64,000 nt of DNA. It comes from an uncultured bacterium. GTDB taxonomy: Bacteria > Planctomycetota > Phycisphaerae > UBA1845. The stretch's first letter is position 1, and every line of letters begins with the position of its first letter. Below the pieces are notes generated by a model. The model was not told where the DNA came from. It was given only the letters and a program-made list of their open reading frames with translations, and searched no databases. Both the position numbers and the translations under genes were made by a program. This document shows, piece after piece, positions 14,815 to 23,661 of the stretch. Location of the stretch: assembly GCA_965371245.1 (NCBI GenBank), contig CBDUXT010000003.1, forward strand, positions 65,745 to 129,744. The letters run 5' to 3'.

Positions 14815-17442
14815 TTGACCGAGCCTAGTAGTCACCAGCGATCGCAAAGACGGCGCCGATTCGTGGCGATGGCGTTTGTCGCGGCGCTGGCGGTGCTCAT
14901 GGGGTTGCCCAACCTGAGCGGCAGCTTCGTCGGCGGCGATGACCACCGGCTTCTGTTGAATCACGTATTCGTCAACCATCCGTCGCTGGAGCACGCCGCG
15001 CGGATCTTCACGATCTTTCACCGCGACTTGTATCAGCCGTTGCCGCTGCTGAGCTTCTCGATGGAGTTCGCGCTCGCCAGGGCGCTTGGACTCTTCGAAA
15101 AGGGTGTCGATGCGGCCGGTTGGCTCTTCCATCTCACCAACATCCTGCTGCACGCGATCAATGCGGTCCTCGTCTGGCGGGTGGTCCTGCGGCTCCAAGA
15201 TCGGGAAGGGGCGCGGTCATCAACGGACTCCGCGGGTACTGGCGCGGCGGAGTCGAGCAACGATCGGGATCGGGTCGCCATGACCGTGGCCACGGTGACG
15301 GCGGCGATCTTCGCCATCCACCCGTTTCAGACCGAGGTCGTCGCCTGGACCAACGGGCGAATGATGCTGCTCTCCACCTTGTTTGCCATGCTCTCGTTGT
15401 TGCAGCTTGCGGCGTTTGTCGATCGTCCGCGAGCCCGACCGGCCTGCCTCGCCTTACTGTTCACGTTGCTGTGCGCCGTCAGCAAGGTCCGTATCGCGCT
15501 GCCCGTGCTATGGGGCGTGCTCCTGGTGGCGCGCGGCGTGAAGCTTCGCCGGCGGGTGCTCCTGCTTTGGGGAGCGGCCTCTGTCGTCACGGCGGTCTTC
15601 GTGGTGGTCAATGTCATTTCCACCTCGCAAGCGAGCTTGTTCTCCGAGGCCGGTGAGCATCTGCATGGGCCTCGCGTCGTTCGCGTGCTCCTGGCGCTCG
15701 CCTTTTACTTCCAACACCTGGTATGGCCCACCGGCCTGTCGAGCTATTACCCGACGCCCCCGACGGTCTACTGGTCGGACCCCGAGACGTGGCGTGCGGT
15801 GGCCATCGTGGTCCCGACGTTGGCCCTTCTGGGCTGGGTCAGCCTTCGGTCCCGGGCGGCGCTCCTGGGCATCGTATGGTTCTTTGCAGCGCTGGCGGTG
15901 ACGCTTCCCATTCTTCCGGCCCGCAACGTTCTGGCAGCCGACCGCTACATGTATCTTCCGATCATCGGGTTGCTCTTTGCGGGGGTTGGGCTCGGACACG
16001 AGGCGTACCGGCGATGGCTGATGCCCTTGGCGCCGCGCGCGGCGCGGATGGGTTTGACGCTTGCCGGGGTGGCGGTGGGCATCGCCTTCATCGGCATCTG
16101 CTGGCACGTGGGCGGCTTCTACACCACGCCGCTCCAAAAGACGTTGCGCATCACCCAGCTCTTTCCGGACACGCCGCGTGTTTGGGAGCCTCTTGGCTGG
16201 ACGTACTTCAGCGACGGTCGCTATGCCGAGGCGATGGACTGTGCGGATAAGGAGCTTCGCCACGACGCCCCGTCCGTTCGCGGCGGCGCGTACCAGCTCC
16301 TGGGGATGTCTCAGTTCCGCCTCGGGAACGTCGAGAAGGGGTTGGAACTCCTACGAACGGCGATCGAAGTCTCTCCCACGGACTCGCGGGCCACGTCGCG
16401 GATTGCCGGATGCCTGGAAGAGCTGGGTCGTCTGGACGAAGCGACGCGCTACTACGAGGACACCGTGGAAGCGGCGCCGATTCATAACCCCAGCATCGAC
16501 AACCTGGCCGCGATCTATGCCCGGATGGGTCGCCGGGCTGATGCTCGAGCGATGTACGAGCGCGCGCAGGGAAACAACCGGTATGACGTAGTGGCCACCA
16601 TGGGTCTGGTCAGGTTGGAGATCGCGGAGAACACACGAGAGTCCTATCTTTCCGCCGAGGCGCGTCTGTTGGGCGTCCTGGAGTGGATGCCCGAAAACGC
16701 TGAGGCGCTCACCAACCTGGGTGCCGTACGGGTGGCCCTCGGGCGACCAGACGAGGCCGTTGCGTGCTACAACGAGGCGTTGCGCTACGATCCGAGACAT
16801 ATCACGGCGCTGCTGAACCTAGCACAGCTCCATGTGGCGGCCGACGAGCCCGAACACGCCCGCCCGCTGTTCGAACGCGCGATCGCGTGCGGCATGACCT
16901 CGATCGACGAAGTCAAGGTGGTGCATACATTCCTGGTTTCGCAACGAGACTATGACCGCGCCGTGGCACTGTGGAGTGATTTTGCCGAACGCCGACCGAC
17001 CAACAAGGAATCGGCGGACTTCTTGACCTGGGCGCGGGTGGTCGGCGGCGATGGCGTCCGTGCCTCGTCGGGACCGATCGACGATGAACCAACGTCGCCG
17101 CTCATTCTGGCGGCACGGGCGTATCAAGCGCTGCGGGAGGGGCACGGCACAGCGGCGGCCGAACTGGTGGATCGCCTGGCGGACGCGGGACGCTCGGGTG
17201 CGGACGCTCGTCGGCGGCTGTTAGCCGCGTTGGAGCGGTTCGATGAGATTCGCCCCGACGTGCCCTGGATGTTTTGCCTGGGCGCGCGGCTGCTATTCGC
17301 GGAGGGGAATCATCGGGCGGCGGAAGCGTTTGTCGGCCTGTGCGAACAGCGCTGCCGTGAGCGTGCCTGCCGTGAGCAGGCCGCGTCGTTGCGCTTGCGG
17401 CTGCGTCCAGCGCCGGTCAACCCGCCTTTGCCTCAGCCGTAA
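14815..17442 (+). CDS. TMTC-like polytopic membrane (GT-C fold) protein with C-terminal TPR repeats
   Basis: The N-terminal half has about 10 hydrophobic helices. The first loop carries GGDDHRLLLNH...FHRDLYQPLPLLSF, which resembles the DD ... Y-R-P-L-x2-L-S-F signature of TMTC/DUF1736 mannosyltransferase-like proteins (from memory). The C-terminal ~400 aa are TPR-like. The TTG start at 14815 is uncertain; an ATG lies at 14866. Confidence 0.8.
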   Translation: MTEPSSHQRSQRRRRFVAMAFVAALAVLMGLPNLSGSFVGGDDHRLLLNHVFVNHPSLEHAARIFTIFHRDLYQPLPLLSFSMEFALARALGLFEKGVDAAGWLFHLTNILLHAINAVLVWRVVLRLQDREGARSSTDSAGTGAAESSNDRDRVAMTVATVTAAIFAIHPFQTEVVAWTNGRMMLLSTLFAMLSLLQLAAFVDRPRARPACLALLFTLLCAVSKVRIALPVLWGVLLVARGVKLRRRVLLLWGAASVVTAVFVVVNVISTSQASLFSEAGEHLHGPRVVRVLLALAFYFQHLVWPTGLSSYYPTPPTVYWSDPETWRAVAIVVPTLALLGWVSLRSRAALLGIVWFFAALAVTLPILPARNVLAADRYMYLPIIGLLFAGVGLGHEAYRRWLMPLAPRAARMGLTLAGVAVGIAFIGICWHVGGFYTTPLQKTLRITQLFPDTPRVWEPLGWTYFSDGRYAEAMDCADKELRHDAPSVRGGAYQLLGMSQFRLGNVEKGLELLRTAIEVSPTDSRATSRIAGCLEELGRLDEATRYYEDTVEAAPIHNPSIDNLAAIYARMGRRADARAMYERAQGNNRYDVVATMGLVRLEIAENTRESYLSAEARLLGVLEWMPENAEALTNLGAVRVALGRPDEAVACYNEALRYDPRHITALLNLAQLHVAADEPEHARPLFERAIACGMTSIDEVKVVHTFLVSQRDYDRAVALWSDFAERRPTNKESADFLTWARVVGGDGVRASSGPIDDEPTSPLILAARAYQALREGHGTAAAELVDRLADAGRSGADARRRLLAALERFDEIRPDVPWMFCLGARLLFAEGNHRAAEAFVGLCEQRCRERACREQAASLRLRLRPAPVNPPLPQP

Positions 17443-17461
17443 GCGCTCCGCCTGTGCGCAA

Positions 17462-17514
17462 GAAAAAGCCGTGCGCCGGTCTCCTTGAGGAAACCTACGC
17501 ACGGCTGAGTTTCT
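17462..17514. terminator. bidirectional intrinsic-terminator-like hairpin between convergent genes
   Basis: Stem AGCCGTGCG (17467-17475) pairs with CGCACGGCT (17498-17506). It is flanked by AAAAA upstream, giving TTTTTCTT on the minus strand, and by GAGTTTCT downstream. The loop is long at 22 nt. Confidence 0.5.
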
Positions 17515-17538
17515 GTGCGACCAGGTGGAACTATCGAC

Positions 17539-18534
17539 CTAGGCGGCCAGGTACCGATCCTCCAACGTCAGACGAATCTTCTTGAGCGCGTTGTTTTGGA
17601 TCTGACGGACTCGTTCTTTCGTCACACCGATGATATTGCCCACCTGCTCCAGCGTTTTGGGACCCCGCAGCTCGGGGGTCAGTGACGGACCGATGCCGAA
17701 ACGCTCTCGGATCACGGTATGTTCCACCTCGCTCAGTTCGGCCAGGTTGTCCAGAAGGATTTCCTTGAGTTCATCGACGCAGTTTTCCTCGACGTCGATA
17801 CGCTTGCGATCGAGAAAATCGCTGCGTTCCATGGCCGGGTCGAACTCGGTCGGGAAATACCCTCGATACCGGCTCGCCCGCATCGCCACGCGTGAGAATG
17901 CCTTGAGGATGGCACGGCATGAATACGTGCTGAACTTGTATCCGCGGGAGCAATCGAACTTCTCGACGCTACGGAGCAAGGCCATGTTGCCCTCGCTGAC
18001 CATCTCGTTGAAATCGATATGCGTCAGTCGGGTCCGCTTACCCATCGCGAGCACGAGCGGCATGTTGATTCGCACGATCACGCCGCGGGTCGCCAGGACA
18101 CGGTGTCCCCAGGCGAGCAACCGACGCGTCGCGGGCGCGGTAAGCCGTTTACCGGCGAACTTGGCGAGAATATCGACAACCTGCTTGCGGGCGAGGTTGA
18201 ACCGCTCGAACAAGTGGGATTCCTGAGCATAGGAAAGCGCCGGAACGCGCTCGCCGGCACAGACGGCGTCCGTAATCGGGTCGGGGTTCTCCCGGAACCT
18301 GGGCGACTTTCCGTCCGCCAGCCTGGCTTCGCCGCCGTATAGCGCCTTCTCGATGGACCGTTTGCTGAAATCCGGATGGTCCGTAAAATCCGCCGGCTCC
18401 GTCAGGAGCTTCGTGAGGAGTACCTGGTCCTCCGCCGCCAGCGCAAAGACGAACGCGTCGGTCGGCGCCTTGGCCGTTGGCAGGGCCAAGCGGCCCGCCC
18501 TGGGCCGATTCGTGGCAGTGAGTTGAGTGGCCAT
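17539..18534 (-). CDS. sigma-70 family RNA polymerase sigma factor
   Basis: ATG at 18534 is preceded by GGAAGGAG. Region 2 reads EGNMALLRSVEKFDCSRGYKFSTYSCRAILKAF. Region 4 HTH reads LEQVGNIIGVTKERVRQIQNNALKKIR. Total 331 aa, with a ~130-aa N-terminal extension. Confidence 0.9.
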   Translation of the reverse strand: MATQLTATNRPRAGRLALPTAKAPTDAFVFALAAEDQVLLTKLLTEPADFTDHPDFSKRSIEKALYGGEARLADGKSPRFRENPDPITDAVCAGERVPALSYAQESHLFERFNLARKQVVDILAKFAGKRLTAPATRRLLAWGHRVLATRGVIVRINMPLVLAMGKRTRLTHIDFNEMVSEGNMALLRSVEKFDCSRGYKFSTYSCRAILKAFSRVAMRASRYRGYFPTEFDPAMERSDFLDRKRIDVEENCVDELKEILLDNLAELSEVEHTVIRERFGIGPSLTPELRGPKTLEQVGNIIGVTKERVRQIQNNALKKIRLTLEDRYLAA

Positions 18535-18850
18535 CGGTTCTACTCCTTCCGGCCGACGCCCCCGTGGCACCGACCTATAACAAGCCCCACTATGTAGTAC
18601 GCTGGCCGATGGCGATCGGTCGCGTGCGATGGCGATGTTCACCGGATGCGCACCGGAACCGACCCAAATGGGCCAAAAACCACATACCACAACTACATGG
18701 GGGGAGACTAGGCAACGGGGGGGACCGACTTGCCAGTCAAGTATACCACACGCACGGTGTCCGGACAAGTCATTGTTTCCGGACCCCTAGTGGCCGTACG
18801 GCCAAGAGAAAGGCGGAAGAAGAATAACTAAGTTGCGACTTTAGAGGGCG

Positions 18851-20137
18851 CTATTCGTAGCGTAACGCCTCGATCGGGTCCAGCTTCGCGGCAGCCAAGG
18901 CCGGGTACATCCCGAAGAAAATCCCGATCATCACGGACAAACCAAAGCTGATACCGACCGACCAGACGCTGACGATGGTTTCCCAATCGGCCAGCTTGGT
19001 CACCACGTACGCACCCAGCACGCCGAGGAAGACGCCCGCCACGCCGCCCGTCGTAGAGAGCACCACGGTTTCCACTAGGAACTGGACGGCGATCTGCCGC
19101 TGACGGGCACCCAACGCGCGGCGGACACCGATCTCGCGGGTGCGCTCGGTCACGGTAGCCAACATGATGTTCATGATCCCGATGCCACCGACCAGCAGTG
19201 AGATGCCTGCGATGAAGCCCAGGGTCAACTGATTGTTGCGTTTCTTTTTTTCGGCAAGCTGGAGACGCGCCAGAGGAACCTTGACCTCGTAGTCGATCTT
19301 TTCATGCCCGTGACTAAGAACCCGTTCGATCATCCTCGAGACCGGAATGACGTGCTCGAGTTCGTCGATCGTGACGTAGAGCCCCGAGTACTGCATCTTG
19401 ATGTACTCTCGTGAGCCGGACCCCTGGCGACGGGTTGTCTCACCGAACTGGGCCTTGGCCGTCGAATACGGAACGAGGATCTCATTGTTCAGATTGCGCT
19501 CCTCGACGCCCCGAGCCGGCGCACCGGCCGTTTGCACATACTCCAGGATGCCCACCACCGTGAACGGGACGGCCGATGGGAAACGCTCGGCCAGGACTTG
19601 TTCCCCGAGTGGGTCCTTCAGCGGGAACAACGCCCTGCGGACCTCTTCGCCGATGACACAAATGTTGGTTCGCTCGGTCATGTCCTCATCGGTGAGGGCG
19701 CGCCCGCGGGCGACGGAGATGTTGACGACCTCGAAGAAGTCAGGCGTGGTTCCGACCACCTTGATGGCGCGTTGGTGCTCGCCGTGCCGTGCTTTGTAGG
19801 CCACGGTCTTCAGCGGAACGATGTGCGTGATGTGCGGGACGGTTTCTCGTGCGATCGCGATGTCGTCCGCGGTGATCCCGTAGGCGATCAGGTTCGTGTT
19901 TCCCTCAGACGTCTCACCAGTCTGGGGCGGTTTCACCGAGTTGACGATGATGTTCCTGGTTCCCAGGAGCTGAATCATCCGCATCTCGTCGGCCGACGCG
20001 CCCTCGCTGATTGAGAGCATGCAGATGACCGCGGCGACCCCGAAGATGATACCCAGGGATGTCAGCAACGAGCGCAGCTTGTGCAGTCGCAGGTTGTTGA
20101 TGCCAAGTCGGATCGTTTCGATACTGAGCAGTCGCAT
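18851..20137 (-). CDS. ABC transporter permease, MacB/FtsX family
   Basis: ATG at 20137. The layout is an N-terminal TM (LRSLLTSLGIIFGVAAVICML), a large periplasmic domain and a C-terminal FtsX 3-TM bundle (GIGIMNIMLATVTERTREIGVRRALGA). No adjacent ATPase or adaptor gene. Confidence 0.85.
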   Translation of the reverse strand: MRLLSIETIRLGINNLRLHKLRSLLTSLGIIFGVAAVICMLSISEGASADEMRMIQLLGTRNIIVNSVKPPQTGETSEGNTNLIAYGITADDIAIARETVPHITHIVPLKTVAYKARHGEHQRAIKVVGTTPDFFEVVNISVARGRALTDEDMTERTNICVIGEEVRRALFPLKDPLGEQVLAERFPSAVPFTVVGILEYVQTAGAPARGVEERNLNNEILVPYSTAKAQFGETTRRQGSGSREYIKMQYSGLYVTIDELEHVIPVSRMIERVLSHGHEKIDYEVKVPLARLQLAEKKKRNNQLTLGFIAGISLLVGGIGIMNIMLATVTERTREIGVRRALGARQRQIAVQFLVETVVLSTTGGVAGVFLGVLGAYVVTKLADWETIVSVWSVGISFGLSVMIGIFFGMYPALAAAKLDPIEALRYE

Positions 20138-20272
20138 CGCTTCTGGTTTCCAGGAAAGCCTTCGTGCCAGGGGGAGCGCCCCCGCCTCAAGACTTTGCTC
20201 GCCATTTGTCGCTGCCCCGAGACCATGCCTCGGAACCACCGAGTTCAACCACTATAGCAAACAGAGCTAGCT

Positions 20273-21793
20273 CTAGCCGAACTTGATCCCCTGAGCCAGC
20301 GGAAGCTCTGTGGTGTAATTGATCGTGACCGTTTGACGCCGCATGTAGGCCTTCCAGGCGTCTGAACCGGCTTCGCGACCGCCGCCGGTCTCCTTCTCCC
20401 CGCCGAACGCCCCGCCGATCTCGGCGCCGCTGGTGCCGATGTTGGCGTTGGCGATGCCGCAATCGCTGCCGCGACTCGACAGGAACCGCTCGGCCTCCAG
20501 GAGGTTCCGTGTGAAGATGGCCGAGCTTAACCCCTGCGGAACGCCATTTTGCAAATCGATGGCCTCGTCGAGCGTGTCGTACTCGATGACGTACAGGATG
20601 GGGGCGAACGTCTCGTCCTGGACCACGGGGAACTCGTTGCGGACAGCGGCGATACAGGGTGTCACGTAACATCCGCCCGGATACTTCTCGCCGCTGAGCT
20701 TCTGTCCCCCGTAGAGGATTTCACCACCTTGCTCTTTGATGGTCGTGATCGCCCGCATCATGGTATCGACCGCATCGGCGTTGATGAGCGGACCCATCAG
20801 CGTGCCCTCTTCGAGAGGATTTCCGATGCGAACCTGTCCGTACGCGGCCATGAGTTTCTCCACCAGTTCGTTCCGCATCGATCGATGGACGATGATCCGC
20901 CGCGTCGATGTACATCGTTGACCGGCCGTCCCCACGGCACCGAACACGATGGCGGGAACCGTGATTTTCAGGTCGGCTTCTTTCGTGACGATGATCGCGT
21001 TGTTGCCCCCCAACTCGAGAATCGTCCGCCCGAGGCGGTGCCCCACGAGTTCACCCACCCGATGCCCCATGGTGCAGCTACCGGTGGCCGAAACGAGAGG
21101 AATGCGGCGGTCCTGGAGAAGCGCTTCGCCGATCGTGCCGCCACGCCCAATGACCAGGCTGAAGATGGCCGGGTCGGCGCCGGTCGCGAGGCAGACGCGC
21201 TCCGCGATTTTGCTGCACGCGATGGCGGTCAGCGGGGTCTGCGAAGACGGCTTCCAGAGCACGGCGTCTCCGCAGGCGGAGGCGAGGGCCGCGTTCCACG
21301 ACCAGACGGCCACGGGAAAGTTGAACGCGGAAATCACACCGACCACGCCAAGCGGGTGCCACTGCTCGTACATCCGGTGTCCTGGCCGCTCCGAGTGCAT
21401 GGTCAGACCATATAGCTGCCGGGACAGACCGACGGCAAAGTCGCAGATGTCGATCATCTCCTGGACTTCGCCGCCGCCCTCGGGCCGAATCTTGCCCATT
21501 TCCCACGTCACGAGGGCACCGAGATCGTCCTTGTGGTCGCGGAGGGCGTTGCCGAGCCGGCGGACCGTCTCTCCGCGGACGGGCGCGGGCACCTCGCGCC
21601 ACTTGAGGAACGCCTGGTGGGCGCGGGCGACGACCTGTTCGTACTCCTCGGGTGTCACCTGCGTGACAGAAGCGATGGCGTTGCCGTCGATGGGGGAGAG
21701 GGATACGAGCGGTTCGCCGCTTCCGACCCACTCACCGCAGAAACCCCCGCTGTTGTTCGACTCAATCCCAAGTCGCTTCAATACGTCCTTCAT
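20273..21793 (-). CDS. aldehyde dehydrogenase, ALDH7/piperideine-6-carboxylate dehydrogenase-like
   Basis: ATG at 21793. Motifs: FNFPVAVWSWNAALA...GDAVLWKPS, ELGGNNA, catalytic Cys in GTAGQRCTSTRR, and EETFAPILYV. Confidence 0.9.
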   Translation of the reverse strand: MKDVLKRLGIESNNSGGFCGEWVGSGEPLVSLSPIDGNAIASVTQVTPEEYEQVVARAHQAFLKWREVPAPVRGETVRRLGNALRDHKDDLGALVTWEMGKIRPEGGGEVQEMIDICDFAVGLSRQLYGLTMHSERPGHRMYEQWHPLGVVGVISAFNFPVAVWSWNAALASACGDAVLWKPSSQTPLTAIACSKIAERVCLATGADPAIFSLVIGRGGTIGEALLQDRRIPLVSATGSCTMGHRVGELVGHRLGRTILELGGNNAIIVTKEADLKITVPAIVFGAVGTAGQRCTSTRRIIVHRSMRNELVEKLMAAYGQVRIGNPLEEGTLMGPLINADAVDTMMRAITTIKEQGGEILYGGQKLSGEKYPGGCYVTPCIAAVRNEFPVVQDETFAPILYVIEYDTLDEAIDLQNGVPQGLSSAIFTRNLLEAERFLSSRGSDCGIANANIGTSGAEIGGAFGGEKETGGGREAGSDAWKAYMRRQTVTINYTTELPLAQGIKFG

Positions 21794-21894
21794 GGCGTCG
21801 TCCTCGTCTGGCACACCGGTTCCGGGCTGAACCGAGCAAGGTACGGCGACGCGCACAGATGGTCAAGACATCCCCGGTCCACGCTCGGTGGGGG

Positions 21895-22073
21895 CTGCAT
21901 GACCGAATCGGCGGGTAGTTTTCAGAGCACGGGGCGCGAGCCCAGTGACCGGTCTGGCATCGTGGAAGCCCCGCGCTTGTTCGCATCGTGTCCGTGGGCT
22001 TGCGCCCACCGCTCTGACGCGGCGTGGCGCCGTCAAGATGGCTTTGCACGGCCCGCCAAGACTGTCACGCACT
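21895..22073 (-). repeat. R1 MITE-like repeat, copy B (inverted relative to A)
   Basis: CTGCATGACCGAATCGGCGGG...GCCCGCCAAGACTGTCACGCAC. It sits between the ALDH start and the stop of the zinc-ribbon gene. Confidence 0.8.
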
Positions 22074-22186
22074 CCTCGGTGGGACTCTTTGCGGACGGAA
22101 TGCGCCTGTCCGATCCGACAAGGCGAATCGCAGGGGGCGTCCCGGCGGATGACGCACGGAGCCCTGCCGGAAGGTTTCGAGGTGGT

Positions 22187-22654
22187 TTATCGGAACCGCG
22201 TGCCGCACTCCGGACAGCGCCCACTCTTTGTTCCGCGGAGGTCGTACCCGCAGTCCAGGCACCACCCGTGGATCTGCCGCCACCATCGGCGGATGGGTCC
22301 CTGGGCGATCGGGATGGCGCCGAACAGCAGCAGCACGCTGGTCGTAAGCCAGAAGGGAAAGACGAGCCAAGTGAAGCGGTATGGACCCTTACGCTTCGAG
22401 GTGAAGAACAACGAACGAGCGTCCGCGCGCGGATCGTAACCCAGCGAGCCTTGATATCGGCTCCGGATCCGCGATTTGGTGGGCATGGTTACCATCTGAA
22501 GGCAGCAAAGGCCCTCTTTGAGATAGACGTCCAGTGAGTTGTACTCGGTGACGTCGTATCGCAGCTTGGTGGGGTGTTTGTGGCTCTTGTACCAGAGTCC
22601 CACGCTGAACGGGAGGGTCACCAAGGAGATGACCGCCAGGATCTTGAAGACCAT
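22187..22654 (-). CDS. small membrane protein with C-terminal zinc ribbon (C-x2-C-G-Y-D-L-R-G-x5-C-P-E-C-G)
   Basis: 155 aa. N-terminal TM ILAVISLVTLPFSVGLW, second TM FTWLVFPFWLTTSVLLLFGAI, then WCLDCGYDLRGTKSGRCPECG. Same strand as the bat operon and 170 nt downstream of it. GC is somewhat lower. Confidence 0.6.
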   Translation of the reverse strand: MVFKILAVISLVTLPFSVGLWYKSHKHPTKLRYDVTEYNSLDVYLKEGLCCLQMVTMPTKSRIRSRYQGSLGYDPRADARSLFFTSKRKGPYRFTWLVFPFWLTTSVLLLFGAIPIAQGPIRRWWRQIHGWCLDCGYDLRGTKSGRCPECGTRFR

Positions 22655-22824
22655 GATGGTTCCGCTGTCGGGGTTCCTGAGTGAGCAAGACCGGCGCGTC
22701 CATCGACCGGCCCCGCGCCGCCATCCCGAAAACGGCTCCTTCTACCTCCGCAACCCTACCGTGTACAGGTTACGCCGTTCAAGGCCACCTCTCTCATCGA
22801 CCACCCACGCGGCGACGAGTGAAG

Positions 22825-23661
22825 TCAAAAGCCCTCGTAGGGCACCAACTCCGCCAGGCCGGCGTCGATCCAGCCCGATTTTCCGTCGGGCAACTCAACC
22901 TTCCACCAGCCACTTCTTGTTCGATCCCGCAACGTGAATTCTACGCCTGGTTGAAGCGGTTGTTCAAACTGGCGTTGGTATCCCGTACCCGGCCCCTTGT
23001 AGATCGCCACGTCCATGCCGGTGACGACCCCACTGGGGGCGTTGCGATCACCCCAATGTGAAGCGGCGACGGAGCCCGCGGCCGTCCCCGCCAAGACGGC
23101 GAAGATGATCGCCCAAACGCCGATCGCCCGGCGCCGCGACCACTGGCGGACCAACAGCAAGACCCAGATCCCGAGGTAGAAACCCACGGCGGCACGAGCG
23201 CGCCCCGCGACCGACGTCTGATAATGCCAGAAGAAGAGGTTGCGCAAGAAGGCGCTGCCTCGCGTCGAGCGAATGGTCGTCAGGCAGCGAGACCTCGCGA
23301 CCGAGAGGTTCTCTTGAAGCATGGGATCTCGCGGGATGAGGCGCTCCGCCCGACGATAGTGGAGAATGGCGCGACCCACCTCGTCGGCCTGGAGATAACA
23401 GTTCGCCAGGTTAAACTCCAATCGCCCGTTGACGATACCCTGGGCGATGATGCTGCCGAAACGCTGCGCCGCGGACCGAAAGAGCCGGCGAGCCTGGTCC
23501 GGCTGTTCGGAAAGCAGGTGTTGGGCCTCGTCGAACTCCGCGAGCGCCTGCGTAAAGTTCGCCTGAACATCCACGTCGTTCGACGTAGCCCAAGCGTCAC
23601 ACGCAAGCAGGACGCACGCCAGCCCAGCCAGACATCTGATCTTGCCAGCCGTGCGCGTCAT
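22825..23661 (-). CDS. batE: BatE-like TPR + SH3 domain protein
   Basis: ATG 23659-23661 overlaps the batD stop (ATGA). The protein has a signal peptide, a TPR region (NLANCYLQADEVGRAILHYRRAERLIP), TM helices and a C-terminal SH3b-like GWWKVELPDGKSGWI. Confidence 0.75.
   Translation of the reverse strand: MTRTAGKIRCLAGLACVLLACDAWATSNDVDVQANFTQALAEFDEAQHLLSEQPDQARRLFRSAAQRFGSIIAQGIVNGRLEFNLANCYLQADEVGRAILHYRRAERLIPRDPMLQENLSVARSRCLTTIRSTRGSAFLRNLFFWHYQTSVAGRARAAVGFYLGIWVLLLVRQWSRRRAIGVWAIIFAVLAGTAAGSVAASHWGDRNAPSGVVTGMDVAIYKGPGTGYQRQFEQPLQPGVEFTLRDRTRSGWWKVELPDGKSGWIDAGLAELVPYEGF

Noticed and set aside
18535-18850. Promoter calls in the 316-bp region upstream of the sigma-factor gene (TTGACT and TGGTATGT-like strings on the minus strand).
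   Set aside because: The spacing between candidate -35 and -10 hexamers does not fit (about 20 nt or no partner). Promoter consensus for this lineage is unknown to me, so this is not reported as a feature.
21863-22072. Short ORFs translated from repeat elements, e.g. 21863-22072, 7584-7877, 40651-40947, 5914-6270, 47337-47696 and the N-terminal 176 codons of 57534-58259.
   Set aside because: Their peptides (…AILTAPRRVRAVGASPRTRCEQA…, …MGHPT…PPLQRWG…) recur only because the underlying DNA repeat recurs. Both strands of each repeat give ORFs. Copies differ by indels that would shift the frame. They are treated as non-coding repeats.
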